A stretch of 63,956 nt of DNA, the filler included, from Octopus bimaculoides (lineage: Eukaryota): the NCBI RefSeq assembly GCF_001194135.2. It is 8 parts of 7 records of this genome, joined end to end, with 100 filler letters (N's around TTAATTAATTAA, not from the genome) between each part and the next. Parts side by side here need not be neighbours in the genome. Positions count along the whole stretch, not along the records: positions 32,664 to 44,940 come from NC_069003.1; positions 45,041 to 56,975 come from NC_068997.1; 6 more parts are not named here. One strand, given 5' to 3'. Position numbers and translations under genes: made by a program. The notes below the pieces were generated by a model. The model searched no databases and was not told the DNA's origin. It was given only the letters and a program-made list of their open reading frames with translations. Below, one piece after another: positions 38,197 through 49,127 of this stretch (within the stretch, counting starts at the first letter, position 1; each line of letters opens with the position of its first letter).

Positions 38197-39225
38197 GTAA
38201 TGTCTTGTGAAATTTTCAGCATNNNNNNNNNNNNNNNNNNNNNNNNNNNNNNNNNNNNNNNNNNNNNNNNNNNNNNNNNNNNNNNNNNNNNNNNNNNNNN
38301 NNNNNNNNNNNNNNNNNNNNNNNNNNNNNNNNNNNNNNNNNNNNNNNNNNNNNNNNNNNNNNNNNNNNNNNNNNNNNNNNNNNNNNNNNNNNNNNNNNNN
38401 NNNNNNNNNNNNNNNNNNNNNNNNNNNNNNNNNNNNNNNNNNNNNNNNNNNNNNNNNNNNNNNNNNNNNNNNNNNNNNNNNNNNNNNNNNNNNNNNNNNN
38501 NNNNNNNNNNNNNNNNNNNNNNNNNNNNNNNNNNNNNNNNNNNNNNNNNNNNNNNNNNNNNNNNNNNNNNNNNNNNNNNNNNNNNNNNNNNNNNNNNNNN
38601 NNNNNNNNNNNNNNNNNNNNNNNNNNNNNNNNNNNNNNNNNNNNNNNNNNNNNNNNNNNNNNNNNNNNNNNNNNNNNNNNNNNNNNNNNNNNNNNNNNNN
38701 NNNNNNNNNNNNNNNNNNNNNNNNNNNNNNNNNNNNNNNNNNNNNNNNNNNNNNNNNNNNNNNNNNNNNNNNNNNNNNNNNNNNNNNNNNNNNNNNNNNN
38801 NNNNNNNNNNNNNNNNNNNNNNNNNNNNNNNNNNNNNNNNNNNNNNNNNNNNNNNNNNNNNNNNNNNNNNNNNNNNNNNNNNNNNNNNNNNNNNNNNNNN
38901 NNNNNNNNNNNNNNNNNNNNNNNNNNNNNNNNNNNNNNNNNNNNNNNNNNNNNNNNNNNNNNNNNNNNNNNNNNNNNNNNNNNNNNNNNNNNNNNNNNNN
39001 NNNNNNNNNNNNNNNNNNNNNNNNNNNNNNNNNNNNNNNNNNNNNNNNNNNNNNNNNNNNNNNNNNNNNNNNNNNNNNNNNNNNNNNNNNNNNNNNNNNN
39101 NNNNTAACATAAACGGAGCCTGAAAGATTGCTTTAATATACCTGGCGTATTTTATAAATATGCCTGATCAAGTATCATGATAGCATGAAACTATTAGTAG
39201 CTCTTTCAGTTGCATATTTAATTTG

Positions 39226-39266
<41 letters not shown>

Positions 39267-39831
39267 TGTGTACTCATAAATATACAGATAAATAAATATA
39301 TATACAGACACACACACATGAATACATCTACAATTATACACATACATAATCTGCAAACACTGGAGGTAAGTGTATGTGTTAGACTGTGTGCGTGTGTGAG
39401 TGTATGTGCGTGTATGTATGTGTGAGAGAGAAAAAGTGTGTCCGTGCGTATGCATGTGTCTGTGTGTATGTGTGCGTGTGAGTGAGAGAGAGAGGGGGAG
39501 AGAGTGAGATAGAGAGTTGTATTAATGTCTATTATACTAAAGTGCTCACCGCTAAATGCTTCCATTTAGAGCTGCCACCGCAACGCATTAATCACTAACA
39601 CGCCAGTCGTGGCCCTCCCACCTCCCTTTGCAGGAAATGTCATTGCCCTTACCTCGGGTGTCACTTCAGATGACTGAATATGCATGCAACTCATACATTT
39701 TCTCATGCACCCCGTCTTCTACTTTTAGGGGTTAATACCACAACTGAGGGTGGAGGATCATTCAAAATCGGCACCTCCTCTNNNNNNNNNNCCACACAGT
39801 CATATACACAGTCATATAATGCATGTATACT

Positions 39832-40170
39832 CTCTTTTACTCTTTTACTTGTTTCAGTCAATTGACTGCGGCCATGCTGGAACACCGCCTTTAGTCGAGA
39901 AAATCGACCCGCTAAGTTACGGGGACGTAAACACACCACCATCGGTTGTCAAGCGATGGTCGGGGAACAGACACACAAACACACATACATATATATATAT
40001 AAATATACATATATACGTCGGGCTTCTTTCAGTTTCCGTCTACCAAATCCTCTCACAAGGCTTTGGTCGGCCCGAGGCTATACTAGAAGACACTTGCCCA
40101 AGGTGCCACGCAGTGGGACTGAACCCGGAACCATGTGGCTGGTAAGCAAGCTACTTACCACATAGCCACT
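39832..40170 (-). mobile_element. Near-complete SINE family A with short internal microsatellite
   Basis: Head 40170-40016, (CA/TA) tract ~39968-40015, 3' half 39967-39832 with (CTTTTA)n-type tail. It shows the A head and A 3' half belong to one element. Confidence 0.9.
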
Positions 40171-40344
40171 TGGACTTTCCTTGTGGTGGTGGTAGTGACG
40201 ATGACTGGTGGTGGTGGTGATAGTAATGATTTGATGGGGGGAGATAATCGTGGTAATGAAAGTGGTGGCAGTGATGGTGGTAGTGGTGGTGGTATGTGGG
40301 TGTGTGATGGTATGAGGGTTATTGTGTATGTAGTATTGGTGATG

Positions 40345-40730
40345 TGGAGGCGCAATGGCCCAGTGGTTAGGGCAGCGGACTCGCGGTCATAGGATCGCGG
40401 TTTCGATTCCCAGACCGTGCGTTGTGTGTGTTTATTGAACGGAAACACCTAAAGCCCCACGAGGCTCCGGCAGGGGATGGTGGCGAACCCTGCTGTACTC
40501 TTTCACCACAACTTTCTCTCACTCTTACTTCCTGTTTCTGTTGTGCCTGTAATTCAAAGGGTCAGCCTTGTCACACTGTGTCACGCTGAATATCCCCGAG
40601 AACTATGTTAGGGGTACACGTGTCTGTGGAGTGCTCAGCCACTTGCACGTTAATTTCACGAGCAGGCTGTTCCATTGATCGGATCAACTGGAACCCTCGT
40701 CGTCGTAAGCGACGGAGTGCCACACACATT
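40345..40730 (+). mobile_element. Full-length tRNA-derived SINE family E with 14-bp TSD
   Basis: A box TGGCCCAGTGG, B box GGTTTCGATTCC. TAG(T/C)ATTGGTGATG flanks it at 40331-40344 and 40731-40744. Short (CA)n tail. Confidence 0.9.
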
Positions 40731-41532
40731 TAGCATTGGTGATGGTGTAGCAGTTGTAGTTGTGTTCGGGGTTTCGTTGTTGTTGCTGCTGCTGTTGTTG
40801 TTGTTGCTGTTGTTATTGTTGTTGTTGTTGTTGTTGTTGTTGTTCCTATTATAGATTTTCCGTATCAAAAATCAAGAAATTTCATTGTTTTCCCCTTCCA
40901 TTTTTTTCTTCAAGTTCTTTTCATCCTTCATCCTTCTTCACATTGTCTCTTCTCTCCCCCTTCTCTCTCTCTCCCTCTCTTTCTCATTCACCCATACACA
41001 TACACCATACGCACACACTTCGGACGAGGAGGTTACAAACCTTCTCTCAGACAGACCCCTCTAACTTTATGTAGGTTCAAACAAAGAGAGAAACCTTACT
41101 AAATCATAATCTCGGTCTTCAGGCCAAGATTTTCTCGACTCCCCAGCATCAAAATTCCACTCTTATGTAGTGCTGGACCACTACTGGACCCGGACCTCAT
41201 ACGGTTAACATTTTCAGGATATCTGGATCTTTAACATCTAAAGTTTACGAGAGTACAATGCGCAAAGCGTTCAAACGGAATTTGAGAGGTACAAGGTTCA
41301 ATTCTCCGTAGGGGCTCGCTGGCTAATTTTTCCCGTCTTATAAGGATATTTACCCGATTGTTTAAGCTCTCTTCACAACCAACAACCATCCTGATTTCGA
41401 GAATTCCATTTTTTTCTGTAGAGTATCGATCCATTCGTCACTTCTAAGTCTGTTTACACTTCTAAATATATATGTATGTGTGTGTTTATGTGTGTGTATT
41501 GTAAACATTGTTAGTATCATTTTTAATTGTTT

Positions 41533-41589
<57 letters not shown>

Positions 41590-42430
41590 NNNNNNNNNNN
41601 NNNNNNNNNNNNNNNNNNNNNNNNNNNNNNNNNNNNNNNNNNNNNNNNNNNNNNNNNNNNNNNNNNNNNNNNNNNNNNNNNNNNNNNNNNNNNNNNNNNN
41701 NNNNNNNNNNNNNNNNNNNNNNNNNNNNNNNNNNNNNNNNNNNNNNNNNNNNNNNNNNNNNNNNNNNNNNNNNNNNNNNNNNNNNNNNNNNNNNNNNNNN
41801 NNNNNNNNNNNNNNNNNNNNNNNNNNNNNNNNNNNNNNNNNNNNNNNNNNNNNNNNNNNNNNNNNNNNNNNNNNNNNNNNNNNNNNNNNNNNNNNNNNNN
41901 NNNNNNNNNNNNNNNNNNNNNNNNNNNNNNNNNNNNNNNNNNNNNNNNNNNNNNNNNNNNNNNNNNNNNNNNNNNNNNNNNNNNNNNNNNNNNNNNNNNN
42001 NNNNNNNNNNNNNNNNNNNNNNNNNNNNNNNNNNNNNNNNNNNNNNNNNNNNNNNNNNNNNNNNNNNNNNNNNNNNNNNNNNNNNNNNNNNNNNNNNNNN
42101 NNNNNNNNNNNNNNNNNNNNNNNNNNNNNNNNNNNNNNGTGAGAACACCACATAAGATGTGCAATGAAATTGTACTCCTCAGCTGCATAATGGAAGTTCA
42201 TTTCAGAAAGCCATTTTATAAATGTGTGTAAATACATGAGTAGGAGATGAAGAGAATAACATCTTGACTGGGATGATTTTGTTTTGGGATTTTACCCTAC
42301 CAAATTCTGGTGCCACAAACATTTTAAGTACCACATTTAATCTTTTGATTAAATCTATATTATTATATATATATACGGTCACTAACAACATGCTGTATCA
42401 AAACCAAGCGAAACGGGGTTTATTTAAAAT

Positions 42431-42482
42431 CAACTGACGAGGCGCTTCTGCATCAAGAGATGCGCCAGAAACAGTTGTATAG
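42431..42482 (+). ncRNA. Hammerhead-ribozyme-like motif (type I, weak stem I)
   Basis: CTGACGA (42434-40), stem II GGCGC/GCGCC, extra A, GAAA (42468-71), CAGTTG, TA. Stem I has only 2 scattered pairs. Confidence 0.4.
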
Positions 42483-42804
42483 TATCTCACCCGCGAGGGA
42501 TCAATGCAGGATGGGTCGAAACGTTTCTGGTGTTTCTGGTATATTCCATTTTCCGTCTTTATCATTTGTTATATACTCGATAAACACTGAAGAATTCCTG
42601 AGGTAGATCCAGCGACAATTGTGTAAATCGATGACGTCAGGTAGCCATAGGCAGTGAACGTACTTCATCGGATAACCTCTGGGTACATACTCAATACATA
42701 AATAATTACTTATATATACAAGTAAGCACATAAATGCAAAATAAGGTGGGAAAAAATCGTACTCGACTACCAAAGGTAAAGTAATATGCTTTTATCAAAG
42801 CCGC

Positions 42805-42921
42805 AAAATAATCACAAAACTCTTAGAATTTCAAGTTCCCGTTCGTCGGACAGTTGAATTCATCACAACTGTGCGACGAACGGGGACCTGAAATTCTAAG
42901 TAACAGTTTTGTGATTATTTT
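42805..42921. ncRNA. ~52-bp-arm palindrome carrying mirror-image minimal hammerhead-like motifs (PLE terminal type)
   Basis: Arms 42805-42856 and 42866-42921 around a 9-nt loop. The plus arm reads AACTGT-GCGACGA-ACG GGGA CCT-GAAA-TTCTAAG-TA-ACAGTT with a perfect 6-bp stem I. The minus arm has CCGACGA but lacks 4 nt at the cleavage site. Confidence 0.5.
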
Positions 42922-42926
42922 TCAAC

Positions 42927-42996
<70 letters not shown>

Positions 42997-43189
42997 CAAC
43001 CACATATCATAACGAACTAAAATAAAGTTGAATAATATAAGAAACGCGAAAAAACTGAGAAGACAGCATATAGAAAACGCAGAAAGTAAAAAACGGAAAA
43101 CGAAAACACAAAAAAATAAATGTAAAAAATAAAAAGGTAAAAGAGCTATCCTCCTTAAACCTTAAATGATAAGGCTGGAAAGATATCAT

Positions 43190-43860
43190 GTTAGTGAGGA
43201 ATAGACGGAATTTTCCAATTCTTCAAAATATGTTTATACGTATGCAAGGAACCACTGAAAATTTCTGACTTGCAGTTCAATAGAGAGTTAAGGGTCTTAG
43301 ATCTGAACAGGATCCGCGCTCTTTCAACCAAACAGTCTACAATTAATCGATCCATTCACATAAGATACGGATTTCTCAATTACTTTCCATTTGATCACAT
43401 GCGCTGTTTCATAATCTTTCAAACTCCATACATAGCTCGCCAACTTAGTAGCTTTGCTTTTGTCTCTACGTCAGAAGGAGGTTATGTGATTGACATAGCG
43501 AGTTTTAAATTCACCTTCACATAATCCAATAGAGGTCTTCTTATCAGTTGTATTGTTATTTAGGGTTGCAGTAACTTCTGTTTCATATATGATAGATTTA
43601 ATCAGACATCGATGGTCAAGTGGACAGGATCCTGGGTCGCGACAGTTGCAGTTGGACTCAGGATCTTGGTATTGACCAGGAGTATTGATACTCTTCATAC
43701 TGGGGCAGCAGCTATATGGTAATTTCTCAGAACGCCTATAAAATGTTTTCCCTTTATCTGTGAGTTGCTGTACAGTGTTTCTTCTATTATTAAAATATTT
43801 TTAGTTCGTTATGTGGTTTGCGCCTGAAGAATATGTTGGAGTATTTCTCAACATATGAAA
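43190..43860 (-). pseudogene. Penelope-like element C-terminus with GIY-YIG endonuclease, degraded
   Basis: KLPYSCCPSMKSI..CNCRDPGSCPLDHRCLIKSIIYETEVT..TSIGLCEGEFKTRYVNHITSF. After a frameshift it continues LASFIWSL/IKWKVIEKS-type and cysteine-containing segments typical of the PLE EN domain. Confidence 0.88.
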
Positions 43861-44902
43861 CTATTAGTAGCGCTTTAATAGCCTTTAAATAGATAATATT
43901 TATCTCTCACCAGATGGAGTACTTTTTGTTGAATTTTCTATCATGGAACAGTATATTATGTGTATGTATATATATATATATATATNNNNNNNNNNNNNNN
44001 NNNNNNNNNNNNNNNNNNNNNNNNNNNNNNNNNNNNNNNNNNNNNNNNNNNNNNNNNNNNNNNNNNNNNNNNNNNNNNNNNNNNNNNNNNNNNNNNNNNN
44101 NNNNNNNNNNNNNNNNNNNNNNNNNNNNNNNNNNNNNNNNNNNNNNNNNNNNNNNNNNNNNNNNNNNNNNNNNNNNNNNNNNNNNNNNNNNNNNNNNNNN
44201 NNNNNNNNNNNNNNNNNNNNNNNNNNNNNNNNNNNNNNNNNNNNNNNNNNNNNNNNNNNNNNNNNNNNNNNNNNNNNNNNNNNNNNNNNNNNNNNNNNNN
44301 NNNNNNNNNNNNNNNNNNNNNNNNNNNNNNNNNNNNNNNNNNNNNNNNNNNNNNNNNNNNNNNNNNNNNNNNNNNNNNNNNNNNNNNNNNNNNNNNNNNN
44401 NNNNNNNNNNNNNNNNNNNNNNNNNNNNNNNNNNNNNNNNNNNNNNNNNNNNNNNNNNNNNNNNNNNNNNNNNNNNNNNNNNNNNNNNNNNNNNNNNNNN
44501 NNNTATATATATATATATATTACCTTTCTTTTATCTTTTATTTGTTTCAGTCATTAGATCGCAGTCATGCTGGGGCACCACTTTGAAGGGTTTTTAGTCG
44601 AACAAATCAACCCCAGGATTTTATGTTTCTTTTCTTAAGCCTGGTTCTTATTCTATCGCTCTCAACTTGTGTGCGGCTCATACACTCATTCCCCTCCATA
44701 CACTTTCTGAAGCTTTGCGCAGGCCTCTGAGCATGTATCGTCATGACAACTTTCTCTGTCATGGTCAACGCGATGATCACACGCTACACACCTTCCTTCC
44801 AAGCACAGCAGAGTTCAAGGTCAATCTATGCCAAGAGGCTTCACTGTCCGTGCTTTAGCTTCGTTACTAAAGAAACAGTCTGGATACTTATTGATCAGAC
44901 CG

Positions 44903-44940
<38 letters not shown>

Positions 44941-45040
44941 NNNNNNNNNNNNNNNNNNNNNNNNNNNNNNNNNNNNNNNNNNNNTTAATTAATTAANNNN
45001 NNNNNNNNNNNNNNNNNNNNNNNNNNNNNNNNNNNNNNNN

Positions 45041-45384
45041 AATTGGGAATAGGGGATGGAAAGTTTTGTGTGTCTAGGGTGGGAGGAGGAGAAGTTGAGA
45101 TAGGAGTGTGAGTCTGTGTGTTTGTAGTGGATGGAGGTGCTAAGGGCGGAGTGGAGGATGCTGACCGAAATGTCGAGAAAGGGGACAGAGGTGTCAGAGA
45201 CAGTACAGGAGAAGTGGAGGGCAGGATGGAAAGATTGAACGAAAGAGAGGAACGAGTCAAGATGTTCGCGGGAGAGAGAGGTGGCACCGATACAGTCGTC
45301 GATATACCGACCGTATAGTTCGGGAGTGGGACCAGTGAAACTGGAGAATATTTGGGCCTCAACATAACCAACGAAGAGGTTCGC
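45041..45384 (-). mobile_element. Penelope-like RT core, 114 codons without stop (frame not in the ORF track)
   Basis: ANLFVGYVEAQIFSSFTGPTPELYGRYIDDCIGATSLSREHLDSFLSFVQSFHPALHFSCTVSDTSVPFLDISVSILHSALSTSIHYKHTDSHSYLNFSSSHPRHTKLSIPYSQ. YIDD is at 45295-45306. It runs into the gap. Confidence 0.92.
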
Positions 45385-45474
45385 AGTTAAAATCTATAGA
45401 AAAGTAAAAGACGAGGACAGGTATATGAACAACAAGGAAGTGTATTAGTTTGACGCCCGGGAAAGTGAAAAAGT

Positions 45475-45510
45475 CTTTTACGTTTCGAGCCTACGCTCTT
45501 GAACAGAAAG
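45475..45510 (-). ncRNA. Minimal hammerhead-like motif in PLE pseudo-LTR, core decayed
   Basis: CTTT-CTGTTCA-A-GAGC GTAG GCTC-GAAA-CG-TA-AAAG. Stems I and II are perfect and stem III is the palindrome ACGT; the core has 2 changes from CTGANGA. Confidence 0.55.
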
Positions 45511-45770
45511 GAATAAAGAGAAAATAAACAGAAAGAGAATAAAAAAGAATTGTGGATTTAGCGGTCAAGCATGGCGACTGATTAGAAAAGAGTTTGAAAG
45601 AAGAGCTTGAAAGACGGGATGATAATAAAGTATTGGTGATCCCAAAATGAAAGAGCGCATGCGTATGTGTGTGTGTGTGTGTGTGTATGAGAGAACGCGT
45701 AAGTGTGTGTGTATTTGTGTATGTGTATGTGTATGTGGATGATGGTGTTTGTTTGTGGGTCTGTTATCGG

Positions 45771-46447
45771 TGGTGTGGTGAGGCGTGTGGTACGAAGCTT
45801 GCTTCCCAACTCCAGTGTTCTAGGTTCAGTCCTACTGCGTGGCACCTTGGACAAGTGTCTTCTACCATAGCCACGGGCCAAACAAAGCCTTGTGAGTGTA
45901 TTTGGTAGTCGGCAACTGAAAGAAACCCGTCATATATATATATATATATATATANNNNNNNNNNNNNNNNNNNNNNNNNNNNNNNNNNNNNNNNNNNNNN
46001 NNNNNNNNNNNNNNNNNNNNNNNNNNNNNNNNNNNNNNNNNNNNNNNNNNNNNNNNNNNNNNNNNNNNNNNNNNNNNNNNNNNNNNNNNNNNNNNNNNNN
46101 NNNNNNNNNNNNNNNNNNNNNNNNNNNNNNNNNNNNNNNNNNNNNNNNNNNNNNNNNNNNNNNNNNNNNNNNNNNNNNNNNNNNNNNNNNNNNNNNNNNN
46201 NNNNNNNNNNNNNNNNNNNNNNNNNNNNNNNNNNNNNNNNNNNNNNNNNNNNNNNNNNNNNNNNNNNNNNNNNNNNNNNNNNNNNNNNNNNNNNNNNNNN
46301 NNNNNNNNNNNNNNNNNNNNNNNNNNNNNNNNNNNNNNNNNNNNNNNNNNNNNNNNNNNNNNNNNNNNNNNNNNNNNNNNNNNNNNNNNNNNNNNNNNNN
46401 NNNNNNNNNNNNNNNNNNNNNNNNNNNNNNNNNNNNNNNNNNNNNNN

Positions 46448-46478
<31 letters not shown>

Positions 46479-46742
46479 TACGTGCGTGCGTGCGTGCGTG
46501 CGTGCGTGCGTGTGAGGAGTGCGTGTGCGTGTGTGTATTTGTGTCCTCCACCACTGCTTGACAACCGGTGTTTACGTCCGTGTAACTTGCCAGTTCGGCA
46601 ATAAGTGACCGACAGAAGTAAAGTACGCAACTTTACAAGAAAATTAATTATAATTACCACGGTTGAATCATTTGACTAAAATTCTTCAAGGCGTTGCCAC
46701 AGCATGGCCGCAGTTTAATTCCTGAAACAAGTAAGAGATAAG
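45771..46742 (+). mobile_element. SINE family A with greatly expanded internal microsatellite (gap inside)
   Basis: Head 45771-45932, (TA)n, N gap, (GCGT)n, 3' half 46535-46742. Confidence 0.75.
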
Positions 46743-47222
46743 AGGAACTACCTTAGTAAAAGGAAAATTGAAATCATACACAGGCGAGAAAAAATAAACG
46801 TGATGGCTATTAATGTAATGCCTTTGATCTTTGATCTGTCTAATCAAATCAGAGGTTAAATAAATACATCAGCGACATGAACAACAACAGCAACAACGTT
46901 GCAATATGGTGGATCGTTGTACTTTGTTCAAGTACAGTTTTCTTCTTTATGATAAAGTATTGAATGCTCGGTGAACCGCAGGAGAGGATTGTAGCCCAGA
47001 ACTGTGAATGAACTCAATATCAAACAGTAACATACATATATACATTTCACCCAATCGACAGTTGTTGTTAATTAAACCCCAGGTCAGCGTTCATTAAGTA
47101 CATATATCAACAAAAGTTATCTATACATACATATACACACCCATATACATACATAATTACACATCATATATACATATCTCGAAAAACATTCATGAGTATA
47201 CATATATATAACATTCATATGT

Positions 47223-47269
<47 letters not shown>

Positions 47270-47784
47270 NNNNNNNNNNNNNNNNNNNNNNNNNNNNNNN
47301 NNNNNNNNNNNNNNNNNNNNNNNNNNNNNNNNNNNNNNNNNNNNNNNNNNNNNNNNNNNNNNNNNNNNNNNNNNNNNNNNNNNNNNNNNNNNNNNNNNNN
47401 NNNNNNNNNNNNNNNNNNNNNNNNNNNNNNNNNNNNNNNNNNNNNNNNNNNNNNNNNNNNNNNNNNNNNNNNNNNNNNNNNNNNNNNNNNNNNNNNNNNN
47501 NNNNNNNNNNNNNNNNNNNNNNNNNNNNNNNNNNNNNNNNNNNNNNNNNNNNNNNNNNNNNNNNNNNNNNNNNNNNNNNNNNNNNNNNNNNNNNNNNNNN
47601 NNNNNNNNNNNNNNNNNNNNNNNNNNNNNNNNNNNNNNNNNNNNNNNNNNNNNNNNNNNNNNNNNNNNNNNNNNNNNNNNNNNNNNNNNNNNNNNNNNNN
47701 NNNNNNNNNNNNNNNNNNNNNNNNNNNNNNNNNNNNNNNNNNNNNNNNNNNNNNNNNNNNNNNNNNNNNNNNNNNNNNNNNNNN

Positions 47785-47862
<78 letters not shown>

Positions 47863-48567
47863 CGTCGGTGAGCTATCACAAACGAGTGGTTGTCACAGCC
47901 TATCATCTTTTGTGGTCGAAGAAATAAGTACCAGTTGAGTACTGTGCCATTGTAATCGACTTACCCTGTCACGAATATTCGTTTTATAATGTAAGTCTGG
48001 CCTTACGTTCTAAGTTCAAATTCCGCCGTGGTTGACTTTGCCTTCTATCCTTTCGGAGCATACCTGTCGCTAAGAGGGTGTACTTGGAGTCGCTGCTCCC
48101 TTCAGCTATTCACCGGTACACCTCAAGATTTACAGTTATACACTTATTTAGAAACTCCAGTTTCGAAATAAGTGTATCACTTCCAACCTCAAATTTCAGA
48201 AGCTTCCCCGAGCATCAAAGTCTTGCGACGATCCTGTTTTGGGGTCGATAAAATCCGTACCACTTGCGCTCTAGGGGTAGATATAAAGTTTCAGGTGTTG
48301 TGACTTTTGTAGAAAGGATTATTCCACAGTGTATGTAGTTAAGGACTCCACAAGCAACTATAGCTTCAATGTAATCTTGGATCATAATTAGTGTTGCACA
48401 GTGTGCAACATGATTAGGTATTTCAATTACAAGTACAATATATCTGATGGGCCTCCACACAGTTTCTCTTTATACGATTAATTACTCTCGTTTTGCAAAG
48501 GTCCGAGCATTTGCTTGGATCGATCCCGAGGCTTCATTATTGGTAATTGAAGTTCTTAATCATTTGA

Positions 48568-48576
<9 letters not shown>

Positions 48577-48660
<84 letters not shown>

Positions 48661-48750
48661 GCGAGAGAGAGCGAGAGAGAGAAGTCGGAAGAGAGAGGGG
48701 TGGAAACGGAGAGAGAGTGATAGATTAGGCAGACAATTATATAGATAAGA

Positions 48751-48799
<49 letters not shown>

Positions 48800-48880
48800 A
48801 AAGAAAGAAAGAAATAAAGAAAGAAAGAAAGAAAAGAAAGAAAGAAATAAAGAAAGAAAGAGAGAAAGTAGGGAGAGAAG
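48577..48880. repeat. Compound (GA)n + (GAAA)n microsatellite, representative of dozens of simple repeats
   Basis: Directly visible. Other long tracts: (CT)n 5008-5165, (AAT)n 28105-28225, (GAT)n 31880-32100 and 63740-63835, (AAG)n 54122-54197, (GATA)n 55385-55530 and 62570-62796. Confidence 0.97.
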
Positions 48881-48941
48881 AAAATAAGAGATACAAAGAA
48901 ATATTAGTTATAGATATACGCACACGTATGTATGTATATAC

Positions 48942-49043
<102 letters not shown>

Positions 49044-49127
49044 GCATGCATGTTAAATTGTATTATTTATTGCATTTTACTATATATAGAAATTTAGAAG
49101 ATGCGTCTTGTAATATATATTCGTATA

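Noticed and set aside
40345-40420. SINE heads as tRNA genes (also 34778, 36250-36323, 23000)
   Set aside because: A/B boxes are present but there is no complete cloverleaf or acceptor stem; they continue into SINE bodies with TSDs.
44985-45371. 128-aa Ser/Pro-rich ORF from the track
   Set aside because: It is a shadow frame of the Penelope RT frame on the same strand.
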